Source: an uncultured Muribaculaceae bacterium
GTDB taxonomy: Bacteria > Pseudomonadota > Alphaproteobacteria > Rs-D84
Direction of reading: 5' to 3'
Length of the DNA stretch: 64,000 nt
Assembly: GCA_964587855.1 (NCBI GenBank)
Contig: CAZPLT010000001.1
Span: 83,523-147,522, forward strand
The notes below the pieces were generated by a model. The model had not been told where the DNA came from. It searched no databases and saw nothing but the letters and a program-made list of their open reading frames with translations. Position numbers and translations under genes: made by a program. Positions 29,482-38,594 of the stretch are shown here, one piece after another (the stretch's first letter is position 1; the number at the start of each line of letters is the position of its first letter).

Positions 29482-29993
29482 TGGGAAATTTTTTTGCCGA
29501 ATTTCGAGAATTTGCTGAACGTGGCAATGCGATAGATATGGCTGTCGGTGTTATTGCCGGCGCGGCAATGAATGGCGTTGTAAATTCTTTGGTCAAAGAT
29601 GTTATTATGCCACCAATCGGTTTAATGTTAGGTGATATGGATATGTCGGCAATCTCTATAACTTTATCTGGTAATACCAGAATAGGAATAGGGCTGTTTA
29701 TGAATTCTATAATTGGTTTTATCTTAACCATGTTAGGTGTTTTTCTGTTTGTCAGATTTTTAAATAAAATGCAGATTAAAAAAGCATCTGATAAACGTTC
29801 TTGTCCATTTTGTTTTTCCAGTATTTCTACGAAAGCTATTAAATGTCCTTATTGTTGCTCGGTTGTAGAGCCTATTAAAGGGGCTTTGGTTAAAAATAAT
29901 AGATTAGACAAACTGATTGGTGGGATTGGCGAAATAGACCCAATAAAAAGTCTTAAAAAAGTCAAAAAACATATAAAAAAGATAGTAAAATAA
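29478..29993 (+). CDS. mscL: Large-conductance mechanosensitive channel with C-terminal CxxC...CxxC zinc-ribbon extension
   Basis: N-terminal [28 protein letters not shown] is classic MscL TM1. Extra ~45-aa tail CPFCFSS...CPYCCS. Confidence 0.85.
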   Translation: MMGNFFAEFREFAERGNAIDMAVGVIAGAAMNGVVNSLVKDVIMPPIGLMLGDMDMSAISITLSGNTRIGIGLFMNSIIGFILTMLGVFLFVRFLNKMQIKKASDKRSCPFCFSSISTKAIKCPYCCSVVEPIKGALVKNNRLDKLIGGIGEIDPIKSLKKVKKHIKKIVK

Positions 29994-30058
29994 TTACTGA
30001 ATTTTTTAGCTATTTTTACTTTGACACTTGTTTTATCTGATAGTATGATAATTTCACT

Positions 30059-31333
30059 ATGTTAAACTGGATAGCCAGACAATATTCTTCCCTAGCATCT
30101 CTTTTGACCGCGCCTTTTCGTGCAGTGTGGCGCGTGATATGCAGATTGTTTCCAGAACGGGATATAACAATTATTTCTGGTGGGGATTTAATTTCTTATC
30201 GTCAAACATCGTTTTGGCGGATTGCGCGTGGCTTGGGCAAGATTATTTTGATTATCTGGGCAATATGGGCAACTTATGTATTTGTTTATCATCGTCCATT
30301 GTTACAAAAACGTACTCGGCAATTGGAAGAGGCTCGTGCACAGCATGTTCAATATATGTCTGATCTGAATTCTTTTTATGCGAAATATTCTGCATTACAT
30401 GAAGAAATGAACGATATAGATGATCAGTTGATAAATAGTAAAAATATGAAAAAAGCCGCGCAAGAGGCATTGTTAAAACGTCGTGTGAATACTTGGGCCC
30501 AGATTGAAATGTTGGGAACACGTATAAAAAATATGATGACTGACAGCAATTATACTCCAGAAATCAAGAATTTATCTGAACTTTCTGTAGAATACGAACT
30601 TACACGTGAAGAAAACCGTCAATTATTTGAATCTAATCAAGAAATGGAAAAATCCATAGTTATCATCAGTGACGCAACAAATCAAATTTATGATCGTGTA
30701 TCAAAATTAACCAAAGAAAATTTAACCCAAATTAATAAAAATATGTCAAAGCTTCAAGGTTCTTTGGCCAATTTGGGACTGAATACACGTACGTTGTCGC
30801 AAAAAGCCTTAGCTGTAAATAACAGTATTGTCGGGGGTGCAATTTCCCCAATGGATTTAGATAAAGATATAGATCCAAAATACAAAGAATTAGCAGACAA
30901 GATAGAATTATGGCAAGGATTATCACGTGCAGCGGCTATACTGCCAATGGGCGCACCTGTAAAAAATGCAGTCATAACTTCAAAATATGGGGATCGTGTA
31001 CATCCATTAGATGGCGTAATTAAACCACATAGCGGATTAGATTTTGTTGGAACCGTAGGTACGCCTTTATACGCGGTTGCTCCAGGCAAAGTCGTTTTTG
31101 TTGGTGATAAAACTGGATATGGCAAGGTTGTAGAAATTGATCATGGAATGGGCTTTACTACTTTATATGCACATTTATCAAAATTTCGTATTCAACGTGG
31201 CGATACGGTACATGCCAAAGATATAGTTGGATTGGCTGGAAATTCTGGTCGTACAACGGGGCCTCATTTACATTATGAAGTCAGATACAATGATCGTCCA
31301 TTTAATCCGTACAGCTTTGTAAAGGGGAAATAA
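30059..31333 (+). CDS. Membrane-anchored M23 peptidase (coiled-coil plus LytM domain)
   Basis: TM near N-terminus, coiled coil. C-terminal HSGLDF...GYGKVVEIDHGMGFTTLYAHL...GPHLHYE (HxxxD and HxH zinc motifs). Confidence 0.8.
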   Translation: MLNWIARQYSSLASLLTAPFRAVWRVICRLFPERDITIISGGDLISYRQTSFWRIARGLGKIILIIWAIWATYVFVYHRPLLQKRTRQLEEARAQHVQYMSDLNSFYAKYSALHEEMNDIDDQLINSKNMKKAAQEALLKRRVNTWAQIEMLGTRIKNMMTDSNYTPEIKNLSELSVEYELTREENRQLFESNQEMEKSIVIISDATNQIYDRVSKLTKENLTQINKNMSKLQGSLANLGLNTRTLSQKALAVNNSIVGGAISPMDLDKDIDPKYKELADKIELWQGLSRAAAILPMGAPVKNAVITSKYGDRVHPLDGVIKPHSGLDFVGTVGTPLYAVAPGKVVFVGDKTGYGKVVEIDHGMGFTTLYAHLSKFRIQRGDTVHAKDIVGLAGNSGRTTGPHLHYEVRYNDRPFNPYSFVKGK

Positions 31334-31334
31334 G

Positions 31335-31691
31335 ATGTTTGCGTTTACAAATTCTAAAGAAAAAAATAGTCCTACAATTATTGGAGCAGGTGCCAAAATA
31401 ATTGGTGATATCAAGGGTGGTAATATCGTTCAAATTCATGGTCAAATAAATGGCAAGGTTATGGCAGATACGTTAGTTGTTGGACGCGGGGGCAAGATTA
31501 TAGGTAAAGTTGTTGCAAAGAATCTGTTTCTACATGGTATGATTGATGGTCCAGCAACGGTTGATATTGCAAATATCTTTTCTGATGCTGAAATGACGGG
31601 AGTTTTGTCTTATAAAAAGCTAAATATTACAAATAACAACAGATTGGATTGCAAATTAGTTTGCAGAAAGGGTGGAGAGTGCAATGTTTAA
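31335..31691 (+). CDS. Bactofilin (DUF583 beta-helical cytoskeletal protein)
   Basis: Repetitive IxGxxxG beta-helix pattern (IIGAGAKIIGDIKGGNIVQIHGQINGKV...). 118 aa. 1 bp after the M23 gene. Confidence 0.7.
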   Translation: MFAFTNSKEKNSPTIIGAGAKIIGDIKGGNIVQIHGQINGKVMADTLVVGRGGKIIGKVVAKNLFLHGMIDGPATVDIANIFSDAEMTGVLSYKKLNITNNNRLDCKLVCRKGGECNV

Positions 31692-32124
31692 TGGCAATAT
31701 TTATATTTCTTCGGATCATCGTGGGGTTGGGTTGAAACTGTATTTGACCGAAATGTTATCAGCATCTGGTTATAAAGTAGTAAATTTGGGTACAGATAAT
31801 CCAAAAGATGATGTAGATTTTCCAGAAATTACTAAACGTGTAACAGATGCTATACTAACAGATAGTTCGGCACGCGGTATAGTTATATGTGGGACAGGTG
31901 CGGGGGTTCAAATTGCAGCAAACAGATATAAACATATACGCGCAACCAGATGCGAACGTCCAGAGCAGGCTCGTGCAGATAGATTTCATGATGATATAAA
32001 TGTACTTGCGCTGGCAGCTGATGAAACAGATCCTGAAATGGCAATGGCATGTGTTTCCGAGTTTCTAGAAACCCAATTCGACGCGATAGAACGCAGAGTC
32101 CGCAGAATCAAAGAAATTTCTTAA
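31684..32124 (+). CDS. rpiB: Ribose-5-phosphate isomerase B
   Basis: RpiB/LacAB fold. ISSDHRG and CGTGAGVQIAANR motifs. Confidence 0.85.
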   Translation: MFNGNIYISSDHRGVGLKLYLTEMLSASGYKVVNLGTDNPKDDVDFPEITKRVTDAILTDSSARGIVICGTGAGVQIAANRYKHIRATRCERPEQARADRFHDDINVLALAADETDPEMAMACVSEFLETQFDAIERRVRRIKEIS

Positions 32125-32135
32125 AAAGATAAAAA

Positions 32136-32864
32136 ATGTCGTTAAAAAAAATAGCAATAAATTTATTATGCGGATTTATCCCATTTGAAAGAAACAGAAG
32201 GGTTTTGCGAGGTTTTTTATCCGGCAAAGCAAGAAATAATCAAATAATTTTTGTAAAAAATGGAAAACAATATAAAAAAAGATTTTGGAATTTTATCCCT
32301 GGGCTTTCAATAAAAATTGCTGGGAATAACAATAAAGTTATTTTAGTTTTGCCAATAAAAGCAATAAATTCTCAAATAGATATAGATGGGGATAATTGCC
32401 ATGTTGAAATAGGAAAGACGGATAAATTCTATAATGTAAAAATTCATTTATGGGATGGGGACAATCAAATCCTTACAATTGGGGACAATACAACAATACG
32501 TGGCGCAGAATTTAGAATGGCGAACAGTAATACAATGATTAAAATCGGAATTAATTGTATGTTTTCTTGGGGGATTTCAATTTTTGCTACGGACAGCCAT
32601 ACGATTTTTGATAAAGACACAAAAGAAATTTTAAATAAACAAAAAGAACCTTTGATAATAGGGGATAATTGTTGGATAGCAAATAATGTAATTTTTACTA
32701 AAAATGCCCAAATCCCAGACAATACTATTATAGGGATGTTTTCGTTAGTTTCTAAGAAATTCACAGAACCGTTTACGATTATTGCGGGAAACCCAGCAAA
32801 AATTGTAAAACAAAATGTATCGTGGACGGAAAAAGAAATATATTTGGTTGAAAAAAATGTGTAA
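32136..32864 (+). CDS. Hexapeptide-repeat (left-handed beta-helix) acetyltransferase
   Basis: C-terminal IGDNCWIANNVIFTKNAQIPDNTIIGMFSLV (LbH repeats). Confidence 0.7.
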   Translation: MSLKKIAINLLCGFIPFERNRRVLRGFLSGKARNNQIIFVKNGKQYKKRFWNFIPGLSIKIAGNNNKVILVLPIKAINSQIDIDGDNCHVEIGKTDKFYNVKIHLWDGDNQILTIGDNTTIRGAEFRMANSNTMIKIGINCMFSWGISIFATDSHTIFDKDTKEILNKQKEPLIIGDNCWIANNVIFTKNAQIPDNTIIGMFSLVSKKFTEPFTIIAGNPAKIVKQNVSWTEKEIYLVEKNV

Positions 32865-32884
32865 AATAAAAAAAAGGAGAAACA

Positions 32885-33235
32885 ATGGCATATTTTATGA
32901 TTCTGGCAATAGCTGTATTATGTATAGTTTTATTGATTTTTTTGATTCAAATCCCGGTATTAATTGCTCGTGGTCGCAGTTTGTCGGCATCTGATATAAC
33001 AACAATCACTATTTTATCGTGGTTTGGGCTGATTTTCGGGGTTACTTGGTTTGTTGCGCTGGTTTTATCACTGGTATGGCGACCTGGGCAGTGGACAGGC
33101 AGATGTGAAGCATGCGGTGGCACCAAACCGACGGTTGATGCAGCAGAGCAATTAGAAAAATTGGACAAGTTAAAAAAGCGTGGGGTAATTACACAAAAAG
33201 AATTTGATGCGCAAAAGAAAAAGATTTTGGGATAA
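32885..33235 (+). CDS. Membrane protein with Imm-like 2-TM N-terminus and C-terminal SHOCT domain
   Basis: Two TM helices with a W/GW-rich motif. C-terminal LEKLDKLKKRGVITQKEFDAQKKKIL is a SHOCT motif. Confidence 0.5.
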   Translation: MAYFMILAIAVLCIVLLIFLIQIPVLIARGRSLSASDITTITILSWFGLIFGVTWFVALVLSLVWRPGQWTGRCEACGGTKPTVDAAEQLEKLDKLKKRGVITQKEFDAQKKKILG

Positions 33236-33291
33236 AAATAATTGTAAAATTATATTAAAAAACAAAGAGTTCCGTTAAAAAGGGAACAACG

Positions 33292-33320
33292 AAATATATG
33301 GGGAAATCCCATATATTTTT
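33292..33320 (+). terminator. AT-rich hairpin terminator (11-bp stem aaatatatggg/cccatatattt plus T-run)
   Basis: Perfect 11-bp inverted repeat with 5-nt loop followed by ttttt. Confidence 0.5.
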
Positions 33321-33361
33321 GATACTTAATAAGCGCATAATGTATATTATGTATAGTTTAA

Positions 33362-33411
33362 GATGTATAGAATTATGGGGCTATTCAATTAGCCCCATAA
33401 TTCTATACATC
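33362..33411. repeat. 22-bp perfect inverted repeat (hairpin, 6-nt loop)
   Basis: gatgtatagaattatggggcta-ttcaat-tagccccataattctatacatc. Flanked by further near-palindromic AT-rich sequence. Confidence 0.9.
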
Positions 33412-33566
33412 GCAAGATTTGTAAACAATACATAATATATCATATCAAACGAAAACAAAATTAAATTACGCTCATTCTTAAAAAACTGGCGGCTGTTTCT
33501 CTCTCTTTTTTATTTTCAGATTTTTCTTTTTATTTCTAACTCGTTTTATGCTAAAATGCCGGTATT

Positions 33567-34289
33567 ATGCGTATAGATGTTTATCTTACTCAACAAAAAT
33601 TATACCCGACCAGGGCAAAAGCGGCCGCTGCGATCGATATGGGCCTGGTTTTTATAAATTGTAAATTATGCAAAAAATCCAGTCAAATCATAAAAGAAAA
33701 TGATAGTGTTAAAGTAAACTCTCTACCTTTTGTGTCGGGACGCGGTAGTTTAAAACTGGCGCACGCTTTGGACCATTTTAAAGTCGATCCGACCGGCCTT
33801 ACCTGTCTTGATATTGGTGCCAGTACCGGTGGTTTTACCGAAATTTTATTAAATCGTGGTGCTGCTCAAATTTTTGCCGTGGATGTCGGAACCAATCAAC
33901 TGATTCCAGAGCTTCGCACAAATAAACGAGTAACATCATTTGAAAATACTGATATTCGTACTCTGCCCGTTATTAAACCTGTGGATTTAGCGGTAATCGA
34001 CGTGTCTTTTATATCACTAAATGATATTGCGCAATCGGTCGTTAATTGGAATCCAAAGCAAATTATCGCATTGATAAAGCCCCAGTTCGAGGTTAAAAGC
34101 AGCGTTTCTGCTAAATTTCACGGTATTATAAAAGATGAAAAATATCATGCAGAATCAATCAAAAACACCGTAATAGCATTTGCTAAATTTGGTTATATTG
34201 CATCAAATGCTATAAAATCCCCCATCAGGGGCGGCAGTGGGAATATAGAGTATTTAATTATGTTTAATATTGGTGAAAAAAGCCGGTAA
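33567..34289 (+). CDS. tlyA: TlyA-family rRNA 2'-O-methyltransferase (S4 + FtsJ-like domains)
   Basis: S4-like N-terminus (MRIDVYLTQQKL). SAM motif LDIGASTGGFTE. ~240 aa. Confidence 0.85.
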   Translation: MRIDVYLTQQKLYPTRAKAAAAIDMGLVFINCKLCKKSSQIIKENDSVKVNSLPFVSGRGSLKLAHALDHFKVDPTGLTCLDIGASTGGFTEILLNRGAAQIFAVDVGTNQLIPELRTNKRVTSFENTDIRTLPVIKPVDLAVIDVSFISLNDIAQSVVNWNPKQIIALIKPQFEVKSSVSAKFHGIIKDEKYHAESIKNTVIAFAKFGYIASNAIKSPIRGGSGNIEYLIMFNIGEKSR

Positions 34290-34291
34290 TT

Positions 34292-34705
34292 TTAGCCGCC
34301 CATACTTTCAAGTAATGCCATAATATGTTTACGCATATCATTATTGGGTAACTTCCAGTATAAATTTATCAATTTCAAGGTTTCATTACTGGACATTGGA
34401 TCTGTATGGTCTGGTTCTGCTACGCGAAGCTTTTTATCACCACTTTCAGTATTTGCATGTTCTGTGGTTAATCCGGAAAAAAAGAATCCGATTGGTGTTT
34501 CCAACGCGGTCGCAATTTGGAAAAGACGTGAAACAGATATTCTATTTCCTGAAGTTTCATATTTTTGAATTTGTTGAAATGTTACGCCACATCTTTGAGC
34601 CAAATCTTTTTGTGTGATTGCCATTATATTACGGCGCAGACGAATGCGTTGTCCGATATAGACATCGACCATGTTGGTCGCAACTGATTTTTTATTCATT
34701 GCCAT
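34292..34705 (-). CDS. XRE-family helix-turn-helix transcriptional regulator
   Basis: ITQKDLAQRCGVTFQQIQKYETSGNRISVSRLFQIATAL is an HTH_3 signature. Confidence 0.65.
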   Translation of the reverse strand: MAMNKKSVATNMVDVYIGQRIRLRRNIMAITQKDLAQRCGVTFQQIQKYETSGNRISVSRLFQIATALETPIGFFFSGLTTEHANTESGDKKLRVAEPDHTDPMSSNETLKLINLYWKLPNNDMRKHIMALLESMGG

Positions 34706-34749
34706 AATCTATATTTATAGGAAATTTTTCAAATTTAAGCAAGGGAAAA

Positions 34750-34832
34750 AGAAAAAGGGGCGACCCGATATGAAGCGCTGGGCTGCTGGTTTCCCCCTGA
34801 CCCGCTGGCGCCCTGCTTCGTCCGCCCTGATG
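34750..34832 (-). ncRNA. ffs: Signal recognition particle RNA (4.5S / small bacterial SRP RNA)
   Basis: Minus-strand GGGCGGACGAAGCAGGGCGCCAGCGGGUCAGGGGGAAACCAGCAGCCCAGCGCUUCAUAUCGGGUCGCCC carries the domain IV consensus GGUCAGG...GNRA...CAGCAGCC. Terminal helix GGGCG/CGCCC. Followed by a U-rich terminator. GC-rich island in an AT-rich spacer. Confidence 0.75.
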
Positions 34833-34858
34833 AAATTTATAATGTTTTTATGCAAAAG

Positions 34859-35521
34859 TCAAATAAGATTGCCATCTTGTAATATTTTTTTATCATCCAT
34901 CATCATTCCAGAATAAATTTTCGTTCCTGTTTTTACACCCAGTCTTGCACTGATTAAAACCCGTTCTGCTGTATTCTTTTTACCAGAAAACAAAGGAATA
35001 ATTTCAATTTCCCCCGCTTTACCGTTATGTAATGCCGCGATAATTTCACTGATTACTGTGCTGTCTGCGATCGCTAAAAAGTATCCACGTGGACGAACAC
35101 GTTTCAAACAAGCGCGTGTCCATTCGGTTAAATTTACATTATGATGTGCGCCGTGTCCCGCTGCACTGCCCTTGAAATAAGGTGGATTAGTAATAACTGC
35201 ATCAAATGTTTTTGATGTATTCCAATTTAGAATATCTGTATTTAATAATTCTATTTTTCTTTTATTTAATTCAGCATTTTTTTCACACTCGTCCAATCTT
35301 TGTTCTGATATATCAATACCTGTAATTTCCAGATTTGGATTATGTTCTAATAAACAAAGAGAAACACCACCAGTGCCAATGCCTACATCTAGAACAGTTT
35401 TAATTTTAGCCTTGGCTGCCCATGCCGCCAACCAAACTGCATCGCTGGTTATATTATAGTCCCCGCGATAAAATTTGACTCGGTTTCCCAGTGCGGTAAA
35501 AAAAACTTGTTTTTGGTTCAT
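34859..35521 (-). CDS. Class I SAM-dependent N6-adenine-type methyltransferase (NPPY motif; TrmN6/YfiC-like)
   Basis: VLDVGIGTGGVSL (motif I) and ITNPPYF (motif IV). Confidence 0.65.
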   Translation of the reverse strand: MNQKQVFFTALGNRVKFYRGDYNITSDAVWLAAWAAKAKIKTVLDVGIGTGGVSLCLLEHNPNLEITGIDISEQRLDECEKNAELNKRKIELLNTDILNWNTSKTFDAVITNPPYFKGSAAGHGAHHNVNLTEWTRACLKRVRPRGYFLAIADSTVISEIIAALHNGKAGEIEIIPLFSGKKNTAERVLISARLGVKTGTKIYSGMMMDDKKILQDGNLI

Positions 35522-35571
35522 ACACTCTTATAATATACATTCGTATAAAAAACGCAAATAAAAGGTTATTT

Positions 35572-36600
35572 ATGTTTGACCCAACATTAGTAGTTCAATC
35601 GGCAATAAGCAGTTTTAATAATATCGCATTGCACAGTCCAGACTTTTTTTGGAGCACCCTGCTCTGTCTACCTATTTTCGCAGTATTCTGGATTTTTGCT
35701 CCAGAAATCACCACAAGATTTTTGCCAGATTCAAAAAAGCGCTTAAAAACAATTGCAACGTGGAGTATTGCTTTTATTGCGATATGGTTATTAAGTCACG
35801 AAAGTTTTAACGCTTTGCGTGATGGAATTTCTTTGGGAATTTCTGCATTAACTGCTGCATGCGTTTTTGTTTTATCTTTGTTTGCTGGCTGGCATGTTCC
35901 GTCGTTTAGCAATCTTGTAAATATTAAAGAAAAATGGCGCAAAAAAGCAGATATAGTTGCACCAATAATTGCTGCGGCATTGATTGGATTATGTGCGTGG
36001 GGGACATGGCAGACAATTTTGGTTCAATTTATTGCGACTTTGTTCGGTTTTTATGCTGGGCGTTTAATGGTTTATCGTAATCGTCACAAAATGGGTTCAG
36101 AAAGTTTAGTAATATTATTGATGGGGTTATTGCTTTTTGGTTTAGTTATGCAGCCCGAGTTTTTCCGATTCGGTCAATTGGGTCATTTGACCATAATTCA
36201 TACTTTGTCTTTAATATTTACTTTGGTAACAATAATTGTCAGCATTATGATGCGTTCGGTCAGACCAACTGGCTGGTTAAAAAAATCACATTATAAAAAA
36301 TTAATGTGGTTAATGCGTGCCGGTATTATATTAGCATTGGTATTATTTTTGATGACAGAAAATGCTCTGGCTTTTGCAGTATTGGGTATGGGTATTTTTG
36401 TTCAATCATTCATAGTTATACGTCATCGTGCTCCATCGGATAGCAATTTATTAAAAAATTGGTCCGAAGATTTATGGATTTTATCTTTGGGATTATTTGG
36501 TTTATTAACAACAATGCCCACAATAATTTGTGCGGTAATAATTTTGGTTCGTACAAGGGTCAAATTTAGCGCCAAGGCAGCAATTAAAAGCGTGTTATAA
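35572..36600 (+). CDS. Polytopic integral membrane protein, unknown
   Basis: ~9-10 predicted TM helices. No recognisable motif. Confidence 0.5.
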   Translation: MFDPTLVVQSAISSFNNIALHSPDFFWSTLLCLPIFAVFWIFAPEITTRFLPDSKKRLKTIATWSIAFIAIWLLSHESFNALRDGISLGISALTAACVFVLSLFAGWHVPSFSNLVNIKEKWRKKADIVAPIIAAALIGLCAWGTWQTILVQFIATLFGFYAGRLMVYRNRHKMGSESLVILLMGLLLFGLVMQPEFFRFGQLGHLTIIHTLSLIFTLVTIIVSIMMRSVRPTGWLKKSHYKKLMWLMRAGIILALVLFLMTENALAFAVLGMGIFVQSFIVIRHRAPSDSNLLKNWSEDLWILSLGLFGLLTTMPTIICAVIILVRTRVKFSAKAAIKSVL

Positions 36601-36654
36601 TTCGTTATATTAATTGAATACATATTTGACGTGGCGGAGTTTATAATTCTGCCT

Positions 36655-37446
36655 ATGATTCACGAAACAGCAATAGTTCATCCAAAAGCAAAACTGGGTG
36701 CCGATGTAAAAATCGGACCATTTTGTATAATTGGCGAAAATGTAGTTCTGGGCGATCGCGTGGAACTGATATCAAATGTAATTATCGATGGTGATACCGA
36801 AATCGGTGACGATACAATCGTGTATCCTTTTGCCGTTTTGGGTGTAATGAGCCAGGATCTTAAATTCCAAGACGCCGAAGCAATGACAGGTCTGCGTATC
36901 GGCAAAAGAAATCGTATTCGCGAATATGTAACAATACATTCGGGCACCCCTGCAAGTGATGGGACAGAAATCGGCGATGATTGCCAAATTATGGTGAATG
37001 CTCATATTGGGCATGATTGCAAATTGGGTAACGGAATTGTTTTATCTAATTTGGTTCAAATTGCTGGACATGTTGAAATAGAAGATTTTGTTATTGTGTC
37101 TGCGTGCAGCGCAATACATCAATTTGTTCGTATCGGCCGTAATGCTTTTATTGGTGGAATGACCGGTATAGGTACAGACGTGGTTCCTTATTCTATATTC
37201 GAGGGACGCCCAGGTATTTACAGAACAATAAATAAAGTTGGCTTAATGCGTCATGGATTTACAACCGAAGATATTCATGCAATACATGCTGTTTATGCAG
37301 CCTTTTTTGCCAAGGACGAAGGTGAAACTACTTCTTCGGACAGATTAAAGAATGTCCGCAAAGAAGTTAAAAATAGTAAATATGCGATGGACGCAATAGA
37401 CTTTATTGAAAATCGTTCTACGCGTGGCGTTTCGGCAAAACAATGA
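36655..37446 (+). CDS. lpxA: UDP-N-acetylglucosamine O-acyltransferase
   Basis: MIHETAIVHPKAKLGADVKIGPFCIIGENV hexapeptide repeats. Followed by lpxB. Confidence 0.9.
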   Translation: MIHETAIVHPKAKLGADVKIGPFCIIGENVVLGDRVELISNVIIDGDTEIGDDTIVYPFAVLGVMSQDLKFQDAEAMTGLRIGKRNRIREYVTIHSGTPASDGTEIGDDCQIMVNAHIGHDCKLGNGIVLSNLVQIAGHVEIEDFVIVSACSAIHQFVRIGRNAFIGGMTGIGTDVVPYSIFEGRPGIYRTINKVGLMRHGFTTEDIHAIHAVYAAFFAKDEGETTSSDRLKNVRKEVKNSKYAMDAIDFIENRSTRGVSAKQ

Positions 37447-38549
37447 AATCCCTAAAAATTTTTATAATTGCTGGTGAAGTTTCTGGCGACGTTCTGGGCG
37501 AAAAAATAATGCGCGCCCTGCCACGTGATACCAAATTTATGGGTATAGGCGGACAGCATATGCAAGCGGCGGGGCTGCGCCCTATTTTTCCAATTTCTGA
37601 TTTAGCAGTAATGGGTGTGTTTGAAGTTTTAGCAAATGTTAAAACATTAACCCGCAGAATAAATGAAACCGCAGATGCGATAATCAAATTCGGGCCGGAC
37701 ATAGTTCTGACCATAGATAGTCCCAGTTTTGCAAAACGCGTTATTAAAAAAGTTCGTGGTCGTATAAAGACTAAATTTTATCATGTTGTTGCTCCCCAGG
37801 TTTGGGCATGGGGTGAAAAGCGCGCGAAAAAATTCGCCAAAATTTTTGATAAGCTTTACGCATTTTTTGATTTTGAAAAACCTTACTTTGAAAAATATGG
37901 TTTGCCAGTTGTCGCGGTCGGACATCCAATTGCAGACGGATTGAAACCGGTGGCAAAGAGCAAAAAGAAAAAAGATAAAAACATTGCATTGATTCCAGGC
38001 AGCCGTATGTCCGAAGTAAAAAAGTTGCTGCCATTAATGCGCACCGCGGCGGAAAAAATGTGCCACCAGAAACCTGATGTTTGGTATAATTTTTATATTC
38101 CAGTGGTTGAAACCACTTTTGAATATATTAAAAAAGAAACCGCGGATTGGTGCACCAAACCAGAATTAGTTCCAGCATCCCAACGTTATGAATTATACAA
38201 AAAAACCGATATTGCGATTGCCGCCAGTGGCACAATTTCAGCCGAGCTGGCAATAATGCATATCCCCGCAATTGTTGTTTATAAAATGAACCCTTTGACC
38301 GAAATGTTGGCACACATATTATTGAAAATTAAATGGGCGTCATTAGTAAACATTTTGATGAATAAAACAATTTTTCCAGAATTATTGGGACGAAATGCAA
38401 CAGCGGAAAATATAATCCGCGAAATTCATAAACTGGAAAATCCAGCGGTGCGTGAAAAAATGATTGCTGATTTAAGCAAAGCAGACAAGATGTGGCGTCG
38501 CGCCCGCCCCGCTGCCGAACTCATCGCTAAAGATATTGTTGGAAAATAA
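37443..38549 (+). CDS. lpxB: Lipid-A-disaccharide synthase
   Basis: KIFIIAGEVSGDVLG N-terminus, GT19 family length. 4-bp overlap with lpxA. Confidence 0.9.
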   Translation: MKSLKIFIIAGEVSGDVLGEKIMRALPRDTKFMGIGGQHMQAAGLRPIFPISDLAVMGVFEVLANVKTLTRRINETADAIIKFGPDIVLTIDSPSFAKRVIKKVRGRIKTKFYHVVAPQVWAWGEKRAKKFAKIFDKLYAFFDFEKPYFEKYGLPVVAVGHPIADGLKPVAKSKKKKDKNIALIPGSRMSEVKKLLPLMRTAAEKMCHQKPDVWYNFYIPVVETTFEYIKKETADWCTKPELVPASQRYELYKKTDIAIAASGTISAELAIMHIPAIVVYKMNPLTEMLAHILLKIKWASLVNILMNKTIFPELLGRNATAENIIREIHKLENPAVREKMIADLSKADKMWRRARPAAELIAKDIVGK

Positions 38550-38552
38550 ATA

Positions 38553-38586
38553 AAAAAATCGCGCCGACGCGCGATTTTTTTATTTA
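38553..38586 (+). terminator. Rho-independent terminator after lpxB
   Basis: atcgcgc-cgac-gcgcgat plus T-run. Same stem sequence as the tsf terminator. Confidence 0.75.
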
Positions 38587-38594
38587 TATATTTA

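Noticed and set aside
33236-33566. RNase P RNA or tmRNA in the largest intergenic spacers
   Set aside because: I searched for conserved P4 (AGGAAAGUCCGGGCUCC-like) and tRNA-like ACCA-ending acceptor motifs and found none. The spacers are AT-rich without the expected GC helices.
34671-34916. Plus-strand 81-aa ORF
   Set aside because: It overlaps the SRP RNA gene, and its GC-rich middle is the RNA's domain IV.
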